A DNA stretch of 64,000 bases. It comes from a virus. The stretch lies in the IMG/VR virus record IMGVR_UViG_3300032241_002679, positions 77,844 through 141,843 of that record. One strand, written 5' to 3'. The notes under the pieces were generated by a model. That model was not told the DNA's origin. It saw only the letters and a program-made list of their open reading frames with translations, and made no database searches. Shown here piece by piece: positions 39,016-48,378 of the stretch. The position numbers and the translations under genes were made by a program. Each line of letters starts with the position of its first letter. The first letter of the stretch is position 1.

Positions 39016-39633
39016 TTATTTATCAACTACTTGATACATAAGCTTATTATCCTTTATTATTTCAATATAATAAACATTTCCAAAAGTCTTATAATATTTA
39101 ATTCCATCAATTATAACAATTTTAGCATCTTCTGGTAAATAAGATACTATTGCACCTACTGGAGGTTTAACTACTTCATAATTTCCATCACTTGTTTGGT
39201 CATAATAAATCCCAGAATAGTAATAATAAGGATAGCCGTTATAGAAAAATGCCCAATAACCATATGGTAAACCACCAACCAAAAATCCAAATGGTGGATA
39301 TATTAAACTATAATATGAATTATAATACAATCCATGGTAAAAAAAACAATTGGCGTTTGCAATACGAACACTTACGCCACGATGTGATATTACTCTCATC
39401 ATATGCCTGTTTACTACAACATCCCTGTTACCATAGTTGTGTTGTCCATTGTTATAAGTATGCTGACCATTATATCCGTTATTATAGGTACGTTGTGTAT
39501 TATTATAATGCGATGCTTCATAATGAGGCGCATTATAGTGTGGTGCACTATAATGCGATCCATTATTATTTCTCTGTGCATTTAAAGAACTAATTATTAA
39601 TAGAGCTAAAAATAAATTTACAATCTTTTTCAT
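39016..39633 (-). CDS. Secreted Tyr/His-rich protein (DUF6515-like, Bacteroidota type)
   Basis: Signal peptide MKKIVNLFLALLIISSLNAQ; YYYYSGIYY..YEVVKPPVGAIV..LP. Confidence 0.65.
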   Translation of the reverse strand: MKKIVNLFLALLIISSLNAQRNNNGSHYSAPHYNAPHYEASHYNNTQRTYNNGYNGQHTYNNGQHNYGNRDVVVNRHMMRVISHRGVSVRIANANCFFYHGLYYNSYYSLIYPPFGFLVGGLPYGYWAFFYNGYPYYYYSGIYYDQTSDGNYEVVKPPVGAIVSYLPEDAKIVIIDGIKYYKTFGNVYYIEIIKDNKLMYQVVDK

Positions 39634-39687
39634 AATCTTTTTCTTATAAATATACACAATATTTCAGCAACGTTGGTTAATCGGATG

Positions 39688-41475
39688 TTAAAAGGTCAAT
39701 GTTACTTTTACTGTATTAAAATATGTTATTGTTTTGTCCTTATGAATTACACTTAGTCTAAAGTAATGATAATGTGGACTAGTTGTCTTATTTATTCTTG
39801 CAGCATCAACAACTGTTGAATCTGCATTAGAGGCTAATGAGTTATCTTTAGTACATGAGAACAATCCTATCATTAGAATAATTGGTAATATTAAAAATAA
39901 TTTATTACGTCTCTTAAATGATATTCCAAGAATCAATAAACCAAATCCAGCAATTGCAACAGTAGCAGTTGTTGGGGTAAAGAAGAAATAATAAGGACCA
40001 TAATTAATGGTACTAGTTGATGTTCCCTTAGTTGCTTTAGTTGCAACTGTTTGATATCTTACCCAAGTACTATTATTAGAAGAAGAATCCATTACCCATA
40101 GGCTATCATTTCCTTCTTTGGTAGCAGCCCAAGTAAATTTAATTCTTCCAGTTGAATCATTAACACCAACTAATGTTGCAAGAGTTGTATCATTAACTGC
40201 TGGTGGTGGCGGTGGTGGTGTTGAACCACCATATGAAATTGCACCTAAATCTAATGTTGCTGGATTATGATATAAATCCTGAGTTCTCCATGATAATGCT
40301 ACTCCAGCATTTATGGCTGGGCTTCCAGCGACCAATTTACCAGTACTTGGATCTAATATACCAGTAGCACTTGCATTAGTTAGATTATTACTAAATACCA
40401 CTGGATCACTAGCTGCGTTATATACATCATTACCCATATCTTGTGAGCCAACATTTAAATTATTATAGACATAATACGTTGCACCCGCATGACCAAATAT
40501 AACTGCTGCTGCAGTAGTATATGTAAGAGGATCTAAATTTCCAAATTGGGTATTATTACATATGTAAGCATTAGCGGATGTTACCGAACCCCCAATATTA
40601 CTGCTACTTGCTCTAATATCGACAACACCATAACAAGTAGTATTCAATTTTAAATTATTATATACATATGTCGTACCCTTTCCATTTAATGAAATTGATT
40701 CAAGTCTTCCAACATATCCCCATAGTGAACCCTGCATAATTATTGAACTGACACTACCATACCCCCCAACTCTTATCATACCAATATCGTCTGTGGCGGA
40801 ACTATTTGTTCCACCTATAGTCCAATCATGGAAATTATAATTCCACATATTATAACCAAATATAAGACCATCTCCAGTTGTCATGTTCTGAATTTGTGCA
40901 TTATATATTTGTAGGCCAAAACTGGAAGAATGAAGTGTTGTTGTTGCATCCCATGTTCCGTATAGAATATGAGCACTATTACTCATTGAAAAATTTGCTA
41001 GTGTAAATTGATTAAACATTAATGTGCTACTATCAGATAAATTCCAAGTGCCACCCTGACTACCACTGAAATCAATTAAATCACCAGAATTAACTGTTTG
41101 AAAATATTGGATACTTGAATGGTCAGCAATATGACCAGATCCGATTTGAAATACATTACCATTGTAGGTAAAATTAAATCCGTATTGGAGACCAGATGTT
41201 CCATTACCCATTAAGTTAACATAACTCCATGGGCCAATGTTAACTGGGCCAGTACAAGTAACTTGACCACCCTGATTAACAATTGTAACATTGTTTATGT
41301 TCTGCAGTGTAATACTGGAATACGTACCAGCTTGAATAATTAGGACATCATTCGGGTTAATTCCCGTCATTGATGTCACCGAAACGGTCCCTGAACCATT
41401 ACCAACAACAATATTATTGGCGAATGAATTTAGGGATATAAATCCTAGTAAAATAGCAAAAATAAGTTTTTTCAC
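39688..41475 (-). CDS. Secreted beta-helix-like protein with C-terminal membrane hairpin
   Basis: GTG start, signal peptide, IQAGTY, YVYNN repeats, GSPAINAG..DLGA, Pro6 linker, TM-RR-TM-LFSC. Confidence 0.65.
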   Translation of the reverse strand: MKKLIFAILLGFISLNSFANNIVVGNGSGTVSVTSMTGINPNDVLIIQAGTYSSITLQNINNVTIVNQGGQVTCTGPVNIGPWSYVNLMGNGTSGLQYGFNFTYNGNVFQIGSGHIADHSSIQYFQTVNSGDLIDFSGSQGGTWNLSDSSTLMFNQFTLANFSMSNSAHILYGTWDATTTLHSSSFGLQIYNAQIQNMTTGDGLIFGYNMWNYNFHDWTIGGTNSSATDDIGMIRVGGYGSVSSIIMQGSLWGYVGRLESISLNGKGTTYVYNNLKLNTTCYGVVDIRASSSNIGGSVTSANAYICNNTQFGNLDPLTYTTAAAVIFGHAGATYYVYNNLNVGSQDMGNDVYNAASDPVVFSNNLTNASATGILDPSTGKLVAGSPAINAGVALSWRTQDLYHNPATLDLGAISYGGSTPPPPPPAVNDTTLATLVGVNDSTGRIKFTWAATKEGNDSLWVMDSSSNNSTWVRYQTVATKATKGTSTSTINYGPYYFFFTPTTATVAIAGFGLLILGISFKRRNKLFLILPIILMIGLFSCTKDNSLASNADSTVVDAARINKTTSPHYHYFRLSVIHKDKTITYFNTVKVTLTF

Positions 41476-41533
41476 AATATATTATATTTTATAATATAAA
41501 TATCATGAAAACTATGCCAAACTTTATAGAAAT

Positions 41534-42121
41534 TTAAATTTCCACTAAGTGATTTATATAATAATCGTTTAACTTGCTAATAATCACCCCAGTTTTATGT
41601 CCCGAAGCATGAATAAAATAACCATTCGTTAAATATACACCTACATGCCAACCAGTTTTTTTATTCGGAACTTTAAAGAATATAAGATTTCCACTCTTTA
41701 ATGAATCAATGTCATTATTTCCATAGACTTTAAATTGTTCCTTAGCTGTACGTGGTATTGTTAAATGGTACACACTATCATAAAGGATTTTTGTAAATCC
41801 AGAACAATCCACTCCCCTAGGACTAGCACCACCCCAGACATATCTAGCTCCAATCCATAATTTTACAAAATTATTTAATATACTATCATTAGTAATTGCT
41901 GAATCTAATGACATAGAATATTTTTTATATACCTTATTTTTAATAATAGAAACATTATTCTTAATTTTACGATGCTTAATTTTAAGAGAATAACGATGTT
42001 TATGGGCAATACGATGCCCAACATGTTTGGTAACATGTACGTGCACTTGTGGAGACTGAAACTGTGCACTTGATTTGGTTGAGGTAAAACAAATTACGAA
42101 TGCAATTGCAATCTTTTTCAT
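41534..42121 (-). CDS. NlpC/P60 peptidoglycan endopeptidase
   Basis: YVWGGASPRGVDCSGF..PRTA..HVGVY..FIHAS; signal peptide. Confidence 0.92.
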   Translation of the reverse strand: MKKIAIAFVICFTSTKSSAQFQSPQVHVHVTKHVGHRIAHKHRYSLKIKHRKIKNNVSIIKNKVYKKYSMSLDSAITNDSILNNFVKLWIGARYVWGGASPRGVDCSGFTKILYDSVYHLTIPRTAKEQFKVYGNNDIDSLKSGNLIFFKVPNKKTGWHVGVYLTNGYFIHASGHKTGVIISKLNDYYINHLVEI

Positions 42122-42162
42122 AATAATTTGTTTTTAATTTACGTTATTTAATTATATAAATA

Positions 42163-42600
42163 TCACAAAAATTCTTTTAAAACCATGTCTAAAGTTTTAA
42201 GGTTATTTTCGAATTGATTTTTATCAAATGGAACAGTATCATCTATTAATATAATATTCTTCATTAATTTAATGATTTTCATTCGTTTAGCTTTTTCTAA
42301 TGCGTTTTGTTCTTGATCTTTTAATATTACTGCTTCATTCAATATTTCTTGAACATTGACATTTTCCAATTTCTCATATTGATATTTTTTTATATGTGTA
42401 TTAAATACGACTCCTTGACTTTCAGCAATTTCTAATCTAGTATAATCATTCAGACTTACATTTGGATACTTATACTGTGTCCCTGATTTAAAAATAATAA
42501 TTAAATCATTTGTATTTGTATCATATATACTCGCTAATACATTGGATGAATCGTATAATGATTTTATTATATTTTCTTTTACTTGTTTTTTTAATATCAT
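42163..42600 (-). CDS. KTSC-domain protein
   Basis: SSNV....YD....L.I.FKSG.QY.Y.NV......AESQG..FN..IK. Confidence 0.85.
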   Translation of the reverse strand: MILKKQVKENIIKSLYDSSNVLASIYDTNTNDLIIIFKSGTQYKYPNVSLNDYTRLEIAESQGVVFNTHIKKYQYEKLENVNVQEILNEAVILKDQEQNALEKAKRMKIIKLMKNIILIDDTVPFDKNQFENNLKTLDMVLKEFL

Positions 42601-42839
42601 ATTGATGATTTTTGGTATACCTTATATAATTTTATTTTACTTAGTTCAAATATAGTACCAATTGTTATAAACATATTATCTTCATGTCTTATTTGATTAA
42701 TAATAAAAAAATTTTGTATTATTTTTAATGACCCGTCTTCAAAAATTTCTTTTTTTATACTATCAATTGTCGTATTTTTACTATTATCATATAATAATAT
42801 TTCTAATTTATTAAAGTTTATATCATAATCACTATTCAT
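42597..42839 (-). CDS. Hypothetical protein
   Basis: Coupled to the KTSC gene; TACATTTG promoter element at 42857-42864. Confidence 0.55.
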   Translation of the reverse strand: MNSDYDINFNKLEILLYDNSKNTTIDSIKKEIFEDGSLKIIQNFFIINQIRHEDNMFITIGTIFELSKIKLYKVYQKSSI

Positions 42840-42856
42840 ATTCTTTACATTTAAAA

Positions 42857-42919
42857 CAAATGTACAAATATTTATCTAATAAATCAAGTTGTTTATTTGA
42901 TGAATATAATGTAAATTTG
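42857..42919. promoter_or_regulatory. Divergent host-type promoters
   Basis: Minus: TTGATT-N17-TACATTTG; plus: TTGTTT-N17-TAAATTTG. Confidence 0.6.
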
Positions 42920-42932
42920 TAAAAAATTAAAA

Positions 42933-45900
42933 ATGAATAGAGAAATCCTTCCAAAAGTAAAGTTGATTATTAATCAAGCTAGTAAGGAAGCTAAATCATT
43001 TGATGATATTAAAATAAAACCTGAACATATAGTTTTATCTATGATATCTCATGATGATAATGAATGTATTAAAATATTAAAATCACTCAAAGTTGATATG
43101 GGTGATTTACATGATAAAATATCTGATTATTTAAGAAAAAATGATTTAACACCAAGAATTTCGCAGTATGGTAGAAATAAACTACCTTTGTCCGATGAAA
43201 CAAAAATAATATTTAAAAATGTTGATTCTGAGTGTGAAAAATTAAATGATGATGCTATTGATACTCATCATTTAATGCTGAGCATTCTTAAAATAAAAAC
43301 ACCAATTACAAAAATCTTATTTGATGCTGGTGTTAATTACAGGAGCTTTAAAAAAATAATTATGGACAACAGAAATGACATGCCAAAAGAAAACAATGTA
43401 AAAATGGAAAATGATTCAATGGATGATGATTTTCAAGAGCCTGAACGTTTTAAAAAGGTTAAAAAGAAAACTGATTCTAAAACGCCTATTCTTGATAATT
43501 TTTGTCGAGATATTAGTAAGGCTGTTGAAAAAGGCGCAATTGATCCAGTTGTAGGTAGGATCAAAGAAATAAAACGAATAAGCCAAATTCTATCCAGAAG
43601 GAAAAAAAATAATCCAGTATTGATTGGCGAACCTGGTGTCGGAAAGACAGCCATTGTTGAGGGATTGGCACAATTAATTAAAGATGGTAATGCACCACGT
43701 ACTATAGCTAATAAAAAAGTATATAGTCTTGATTTAGCTAGTATTGTTGCTGGCACTAAATATCGTGGACAATTTGAAGAAAGAATGAAAGCTGTTTTGG
43801 AAGAGTGTAAAGCGAATACAGATATTATTTTATTCATTGATGAATTGCATACTATTATTGGTGCTGGTAATGCCTCTGGTTCACTTGATGCAAGCAATAT
43901 TTTTAAACCAGCTCTTGCACGTGGAGAAATACAAATCATTGGCGCAACTACACTTGATGAATATCGTGAACATATTGAAAAGGATGGCGCACTTACAAGA
44001 AGATTTCAACAAGTATTAGTTGAGGAACCTTCTCTTGAAGAGACTAAAATAATTCTCACTAATATTAAAGAAAAATATGAAAAACATCATAAAGTAGTAT
44101 ATACTGATGAGGCTATTGATGAATGCGTGAAATTATCACATCGCTATATAATGGAACGCTCAATGCCAGATAAAGCTATTGATGTACTTGATGAAGCTGG
44201 AGCAGCTACAAATATAACTGTAGAAAAACCACAAATTATTAAGACATTAGAACAGAAAAAAATAGCACTCAATAATAAGAAAAAAGACGTAGTGCTTCAA
44301 CAGAATTATGAAGAAGCTGCTAAGATACGTGATGAAGAAAAAAAGATAGATAATCAACTCTTAAAGCATAATAAAGAATGGGCTGATAGCCTAGATAAAA
44401 AAATCACTACGGTTGGTGTGGAACAAATATCAGAAGTAGTCAGTATGATGACTGGTATACCTCTTACTAAAATTTCTACACAAGAAAGCAAACGCCTATT
44501 GAACCTTGATAAAGAACTGATGGGTAAAGTAATTGGACAGGACGATGCAGTTTCAAAAGTAGTTAAAGCTATTAAAAGAAATAGAGTCGGTATTAAAGAT
44601 AAAAATAAGCCCATTGGAAGCTTTATTTTTCTTGGCCCAACAGGTGTCGGTAAATGTTTTTTATCTGATACTAAGATAATTATAAGAAATAAAAAAACTA
44701 AATCAATCGAAGAAATTGATATTAATGAATTAAAAGATAGATTTGATGAGATACAAAAAAGAATTAAAAAAACTAATAATGTCTTATTGTTTGACAAGCA
44801 TGAATTAGAATCATTAAAGAAAATTACCAAAACAACCAAAATAAGCGATTACGAGGTTTTAACTGACGATGGTTTTGTTGATATTGAAGCATTGCATGAA
44901 ACAATACCATATGAGGTTTACCTTCTTAGGTTATCTGACGGAAAGGAACTTAAATGCGCTGATAATCATATTGTATTTTTAAATGATTATCAAGAAATAT
45001 TTGTGAAAGATTTGCAAATTGGTGATAACGTTATCGTGGAATCAAACGAAACCACAGGATTGGCTAGTGTGCTCGAAGTAAAAAATTTGGGCTATGAAGA
45101 AGCAATGTATGATTTGGAATTAGCAGAAGATTCAAACAGACGATATTATACCAATGGAATATTGTCACATAATACGTATTTGGCCAAATTATTGGCAGAA
45201 TTTGTCTTTGGAGATGTAGATGCTTTGGTTAAAATTGATATGAGTGAATATATGGAAAAACATTCTGTATCAAGACTAATTGGTTCTCCGCCAGGTTACG
45301 TTGGTTATGATCAAGGTGGCCAATTGACAGAAAAAGTACGTAGAAAACCACATTGTGTTATTCTTTTTGATGAAATTGAAAAGGCACATGAAGATGTATT
45401 CAATCTCTTATTACAATTATTGGATGAAGGTCAGTTGACAGATGGACTTGGAAGAAAAGTTAATTTTAAAAATTCATTAATTATACTTACGTCAAATTTA
45501 GGTGTTAAAGAAATTAATACTTTTGGTACATCAATAGGTTTCGAGACTACAGCTACCGTTGCTAGTGAAGAAGCTAGAGCTAGAGGAATAATTGAAAAAA
45601 CACTCAAGAAAAAATTCAGACCAGAATTCCTAAATCGTATAGATGAGAGTATCATTTTCAATGAATTAAAAGAAGATGATATACATAAAATCATATACAA
45701 AGAATTGGAAAAGTTGGAGAACAGACTTAATGAAGTTCATTTTAAACTTAAAATTAATAAAGCAGCCGTTGAATTCTTAGCGAAAGAGGGTTATAGTAAA
45801 GAATATGGTGCTAGACCATTGGGTAGAGCAATCCAGAAATATATCGAAGACCCAGTCGCTGACGAAATTCTGAGCGGAAGTATTACTGAGGGTGAAGTAA

Positions 45901-45974
45901 TAAAAATTAATTTCGATAAGAATAAAAATGAAGTTATAATCAAACCAGATAGGAATAATAAATCTGAAGACTAA
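42933..45974 (+). CDS. clpC: ClpC/ClpB-family AAA+ ATPase with mini-intein
   Basis: Clp-N domain, GEPGVGKT, FIDELH, UVR-like middle helix, GPTGVGK-[intein]-T, LFDEIEKAH, GARPL. Confidence 0.92.
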   Translation: MNREILPKVKLIINQASKEAKSFDDIKIKPEHIVLSMISHDDNECIKILKSLKVDMGDLHDKISDYLRKNDLTPRISQYGRNKLPLSDETKIIFKNVDSECEKLNDDAIDTHHLMLSILKIKTPITKILFDAGVNYRSFKKIIMDNRNDMPKENNVKMENDSMDDDFQEPERFKKVKKKTDSKTPILDNFCRDISKAVEKGAIDPVVGRIKEIKRISQILSRRKKNNPVLIGEPGVGKTAIVEGLAQLIKDGNAPRTIANKKVYSLDLASIVAGTKYRGQFEERMKAVLEECKANTDIILFIDELHTIIGAGNASGSLDASNIFKPALARGEIQIIGATTLDEYREHIEKDGALTRRFQQVLVEEPSLEETKIILTNIKEKYEKHHKVVYTDEAIDECVKLSHRYIMERSMPDKAIDVLDEAGAATNITVEKPQIIKTLEQKKIALNNKKKDVVLQQNYEEAAKIRDEEKKIDNQLLKHNKEWADSLDKKITTVGVEQISEVVSMMTGIPLTKISTQESKRLLNLDKELMGKVIGQDDAVSKVVKAIKRNRVGIKDKNKPIGSFIFLGPTGVGKCFLSDTKIIIRNKKTKSIEEIDINELKDRFDEIQKRIKKTNNVLLFDKHELESLKKITKTTKISDYEVLTDDGFVDIEALHETIPYEVYLLRLSDGKELKCADNHIVFLNDYQEIFVKDLQIGDNVIVESNETTGLASVLEVKNLGYEEAMYDLELAEDSNRRYYTNGILSHNTYLAKLLAEFVFGDVDALVKIDMSEYMEKHSVSRLIGSPPGYVGYDQGGQLTEKVRRKPHCVILFDEIEKAHEDVFNLLLQLLDEGQLTDGLGRKVNFKNSLIILTSNLGVKEINTFGTSIGFETTATVASEEARARGIIEKTLKKKFRPEFLNRIDESIIFNELKEDDIHKIIYKELEKLENRLNEVHFKLKINKAAVEFLAKEGYSKEYGARPLGRAIQKYIEDPVADEILSGSITEGEVIKINFDKNKNEVIIKPDRNNKSED
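44655..45173 (+). mobile_element. Mini-intein, 173 aa, in the second Walker A motif
   Basis: GK/CFLSDTKI...CADNHIV...MYDLEL...LSHN/T; no endonuclease. Confidence 0.92.
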
Positions 45975-45978
45975 TATT

Positions 45979-46002
45979 AAAACCCCACTTTTGTGGGGTT
46001 TT
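45979..46002 (+). terminator. Intrinsic terminator
   Basis: aaaaccccac-tttt-gtggggtttt. Confidence 0.8.
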
Positions 46003-46017
46003 CTTATATTTATAAGC

Positions 46018-46419
46018 ATGAAGAAATTTATAAAAAGTTTACTCAATGAAGGTCTCTTTCATAGAAATTCAAAAGAACAATTGAAGCTAATGGAGGAATT
46101 TATTAACTTTACTTGTAAAGAATTAAACATTGATCCAGTACCAGTAAATCTACAATTTAATCATGATGGACTAGTTACAACTGCAGCATATGGGGATAAA
46201 AAAGTATATGTATATGCTAAAGATCGTGCTATAGTAGATATTATGAGAAGTATAGCACATGAACTTACCCACTTAAAACAAGACCTAGAGGGTAGACTCA
46301 ATCCTAAAAATCATGAAAAAAATAATGCCGCTGGTTCAGATATTGAGAACGAAGCAAATTATAGGGCTGGGGAAATAATAAGAAAATTTGGAAAAATACA
46401 TCCTGAAATTTATCCATGA
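46018..46419 (+). CDS. HEXXH metallopeptidase-like protein with capsid-targeting-like leader
   Basis: MKKFIKSLLNE; RSIAHELTHLKQ..ENEAN; start 4 nt after ATATTTAT. Confidence 0.7.
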   Translation: MKKFIKSLLNEGLFHRNSKEQLKLMEEFINFTCKELNIDPVPVNLQFNHDGLVTTAAYGDKKVYVYAKDRAIVDIMRSIAHELTHLKQDLEGRLNPKNHEKNNAAGSDIENEANYRAGEIIRKFGKIHPEIYP

Positions 46420-46733
46420 TAAATAAAAATGAAATAGAAATTGTTAGAAGAGGCATCTCAAATATGGGGCCAGCCTATACACAAATAGTTAAACAATCCA
46501 GTGATAAAAAAATAATACAAATTGGAAAAGATGTGGTAGACCAATTAGCTGATCAAGCTACCTATGAACCCACAAAAAATGCTATTGGACAAGAAGCAAC
46601 TAATATTCTAATTAGTTGGTACCCAGAGTTTTTTAAGGAAAAAAGAGAATACTATAATAATAATAAATTAAGCGATATTTCAGAGAATAAAAAAACTATT
46701 AAAAAATTTTTAAGGGCTTTTCTTCTTAAGTAA
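46416..46733 (+). CDS. Hypothetical late protein
   Basis: Coupled ORF; C-terminal ISENKKTIKKFLR. Confidence 0.55.
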   Translation: MINKNEIEIVRRGISNMGPAYTQIVKQSSDKKIIQIGKDVVDQLADQATYEPTKNAIGQEATNILISWYPEFFKEKREYYNNNKLSDISENKKTIKKFLRAFLLK

Positions 46734-46991
46734 TTATGCCAATATATTCATGACTAAAACATATTCTTTTATTATCTGCATAATGATCATGATATATGTT
46801 TTTATGTGTAATGTCCTTTCTCAATTTTTTATTCTTGCTGGTCGGCTTCCATAACGGAGAATGTTCACGATAATATCCCATTCGTGGGTGGGAAGTTCTG
46901 GAGAAATATCTAAGACCCTGATCAATATGCATCTGAGCAATTGCATCTGAAAATCTAACACCAATACCCATACCTTGAAAATCTGGAAGAA
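46726..46991 (-). pseudogene. Displaced duplicate 3' half of the GNAT acetyltransferase gene
   Basis: LPDFQGMGIG..EYIG; 53 of 78 residues identical to the end of 47893-48315. Confidence 0.85.
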
Positions 46992-48161
46992 CTTTCCATT
47001 AAAACAAGATATTTATTAATAAATAAAATTTATGAAAACTAAAAATTTTATTGAGAAAGCTAAATTAAAACACGGAAATAAATATGACTATTCGTTAATT
47101 AAATACATTAATAATGAAACAGAAGTTGAAATAATATGTCCAATTCATGGTATTTTTAAACAAAAACCAAAAAAACATATTAATAGAGGTCAAAATTGCC
47201 CCAAATGTACAGGACATTTTATAGATAAAAGTTTTTTTATAGAAAAAGCTAATAAAATTCATAATAATTTTTATGATTATTCTTTGGTTGAATACAAAGA
47301 TAGCACAACTAAAATTAAAATTATATGTCCTATTCATGGAATATTTGAACAAACTCCAAATGCTCATTTATCTAATAAGAATTGTTATAAATGTACAGGT
47401 ACACCTAAGAAAACAACAGAAACATTTATTAACGAAGCAAATAATATACATAAAAATAAGTATGACTATTCATTAACTAATTATCAAAATAATAGTTTTA
47501 AAGTTTCTATTATTTGTAAAATACATGGAATTTTTAAACAAACACCAGCAGCACACTTAAGGGGTCAAGGATGTCCTATTTGTCGAGAGTCAAAGGGTGA
47601 AATTTTAATAAGAAATTTTTTAGAAAATAATCTAATAAAATTTAAACCTCAACATAGATTTAAAGATTGTAAACATAAACTTCCATTACCATTTGACTTT
47701 TATTTACCGACTTTAAATCTATGTATTGAATTTCATGGTCACCAACACTACTTATCATCACATAACTTTGGTGCGGTTAAAAATGAATTTGAATTAATAC
47801 AAATAAGAGATAAAATTAAAATAGAATATTGTATTAAAAATAATATTTCATTATTAATAATTCCTTATTATGAGAACGCATCAATTATTTTATCAAATTT
47901 CTTTAGTACCTATAAATTCAAAACTACCACATAAACGTTTATTATCGGTATAATGATTATTAAATACTTTTTCATGTTTTATGTCAGTACGAACTTTTTT
48001 ATGTTTTGATGTTGGTTTCCATAGTGGTGAGTTCTCTCTATAATTAATTAATCTGGGATGGGCTGTTCTAGAAAAGAATCTATAACCCTGATTAATATGA
48101 ATTTGTGCTATTGCGTCTGAAAATCTAGGACCAATACCCATACCTTGAAAATCTGGAAGAA
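46960..48161. repeat. 32-bp direct repeat, 1170 bp apart
   Basis: accaatacccataccttgaaaatctggaagaa at 46960-46991 and 48130-48161. Confidence 0.92.
47032..47934 (+). CDS. Homing endonuclease: zinc-binding repeats plus PD-(D/E)XK (Vsr-like) nuclease
   Basis: Three KYDYS..Y....IIC.IHG.F.Q.P..H....C..C repeats; LPFDFYLP..CIEFHGHQHY. Confidence 0.85.
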   Translation: MKTKNFIEKAKLKHGNKYDYSLIKYINNETEVEIICPIHGIFKQKPKKHINRGQNCPKCTGHFIDKSFFIEKANKIHNNFYDYSLVEYKDSTTKIKIICPIHGIFEQTPNAHLSNKNCYKCTGTPKKTTETFINEANNIHKNKYDYSLTNYQNNSFKVSIICKIHGIFKQTPAAHLRGQGCPICRESKGEILIRNFLENNLIKFKPQHRFKDCKHKLPLPFDFYLPTLNLCIEFHGHQHYLSSHNFGAVKNEFELIQIRDKIKIEYCIKNNISLLIIPYYENASIILSNFFSTYKFKTTT

Positions 48162-48378
48162 TGCAAATCCTATGACCACGCCATGCATTTTTCATATTTC
48201 CATTTGGCAATGCTAAACTAGCACCAAATGCCACTATTCTATTATTCCATAAACCAATATAACATCTCGATGCTTTATTCAAATCAGAACTTAAATAATG
48301 ATGACCTTTAAACATGTCCCAGATATGATGGCTTGTTCGAAATATTTCGATTTGTATTTTTGGCCTGACAAAAAAAAA
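47893..48378 (-). CDS. GNAT acetyltransferase domain reached by -1 slippage from the ABC-ATPase gene
   Basis: -1 frame opens at T9 and reads VRPKIQIEIFRTSHHIWDMFKGHHYL..LPDFQGMGIG. Confidence 0.8.
   Translation of the reverse strand, partial: FFFVRPKIQIEIFRTSHHIWDMFKGHHYLSSDLNKASRCYIGLWNNRIVAFGASLALPNGNMKNAWRGHRICILPDFQGMGIGPRFSDAIAQIHINQGYRFFSRTAHPRLINYRENSPLWKPTSKHKKVRTDIKHEKVFNNHYTDNKRLCGSFEFIGTKEI

Noticed and set aside
35790-41522. Sigma-54-like TTGGCATA upstream of 35766 and 41475
   Set aside because: The -12 TTGC element is missing at the required spacing; two sites are insufficient
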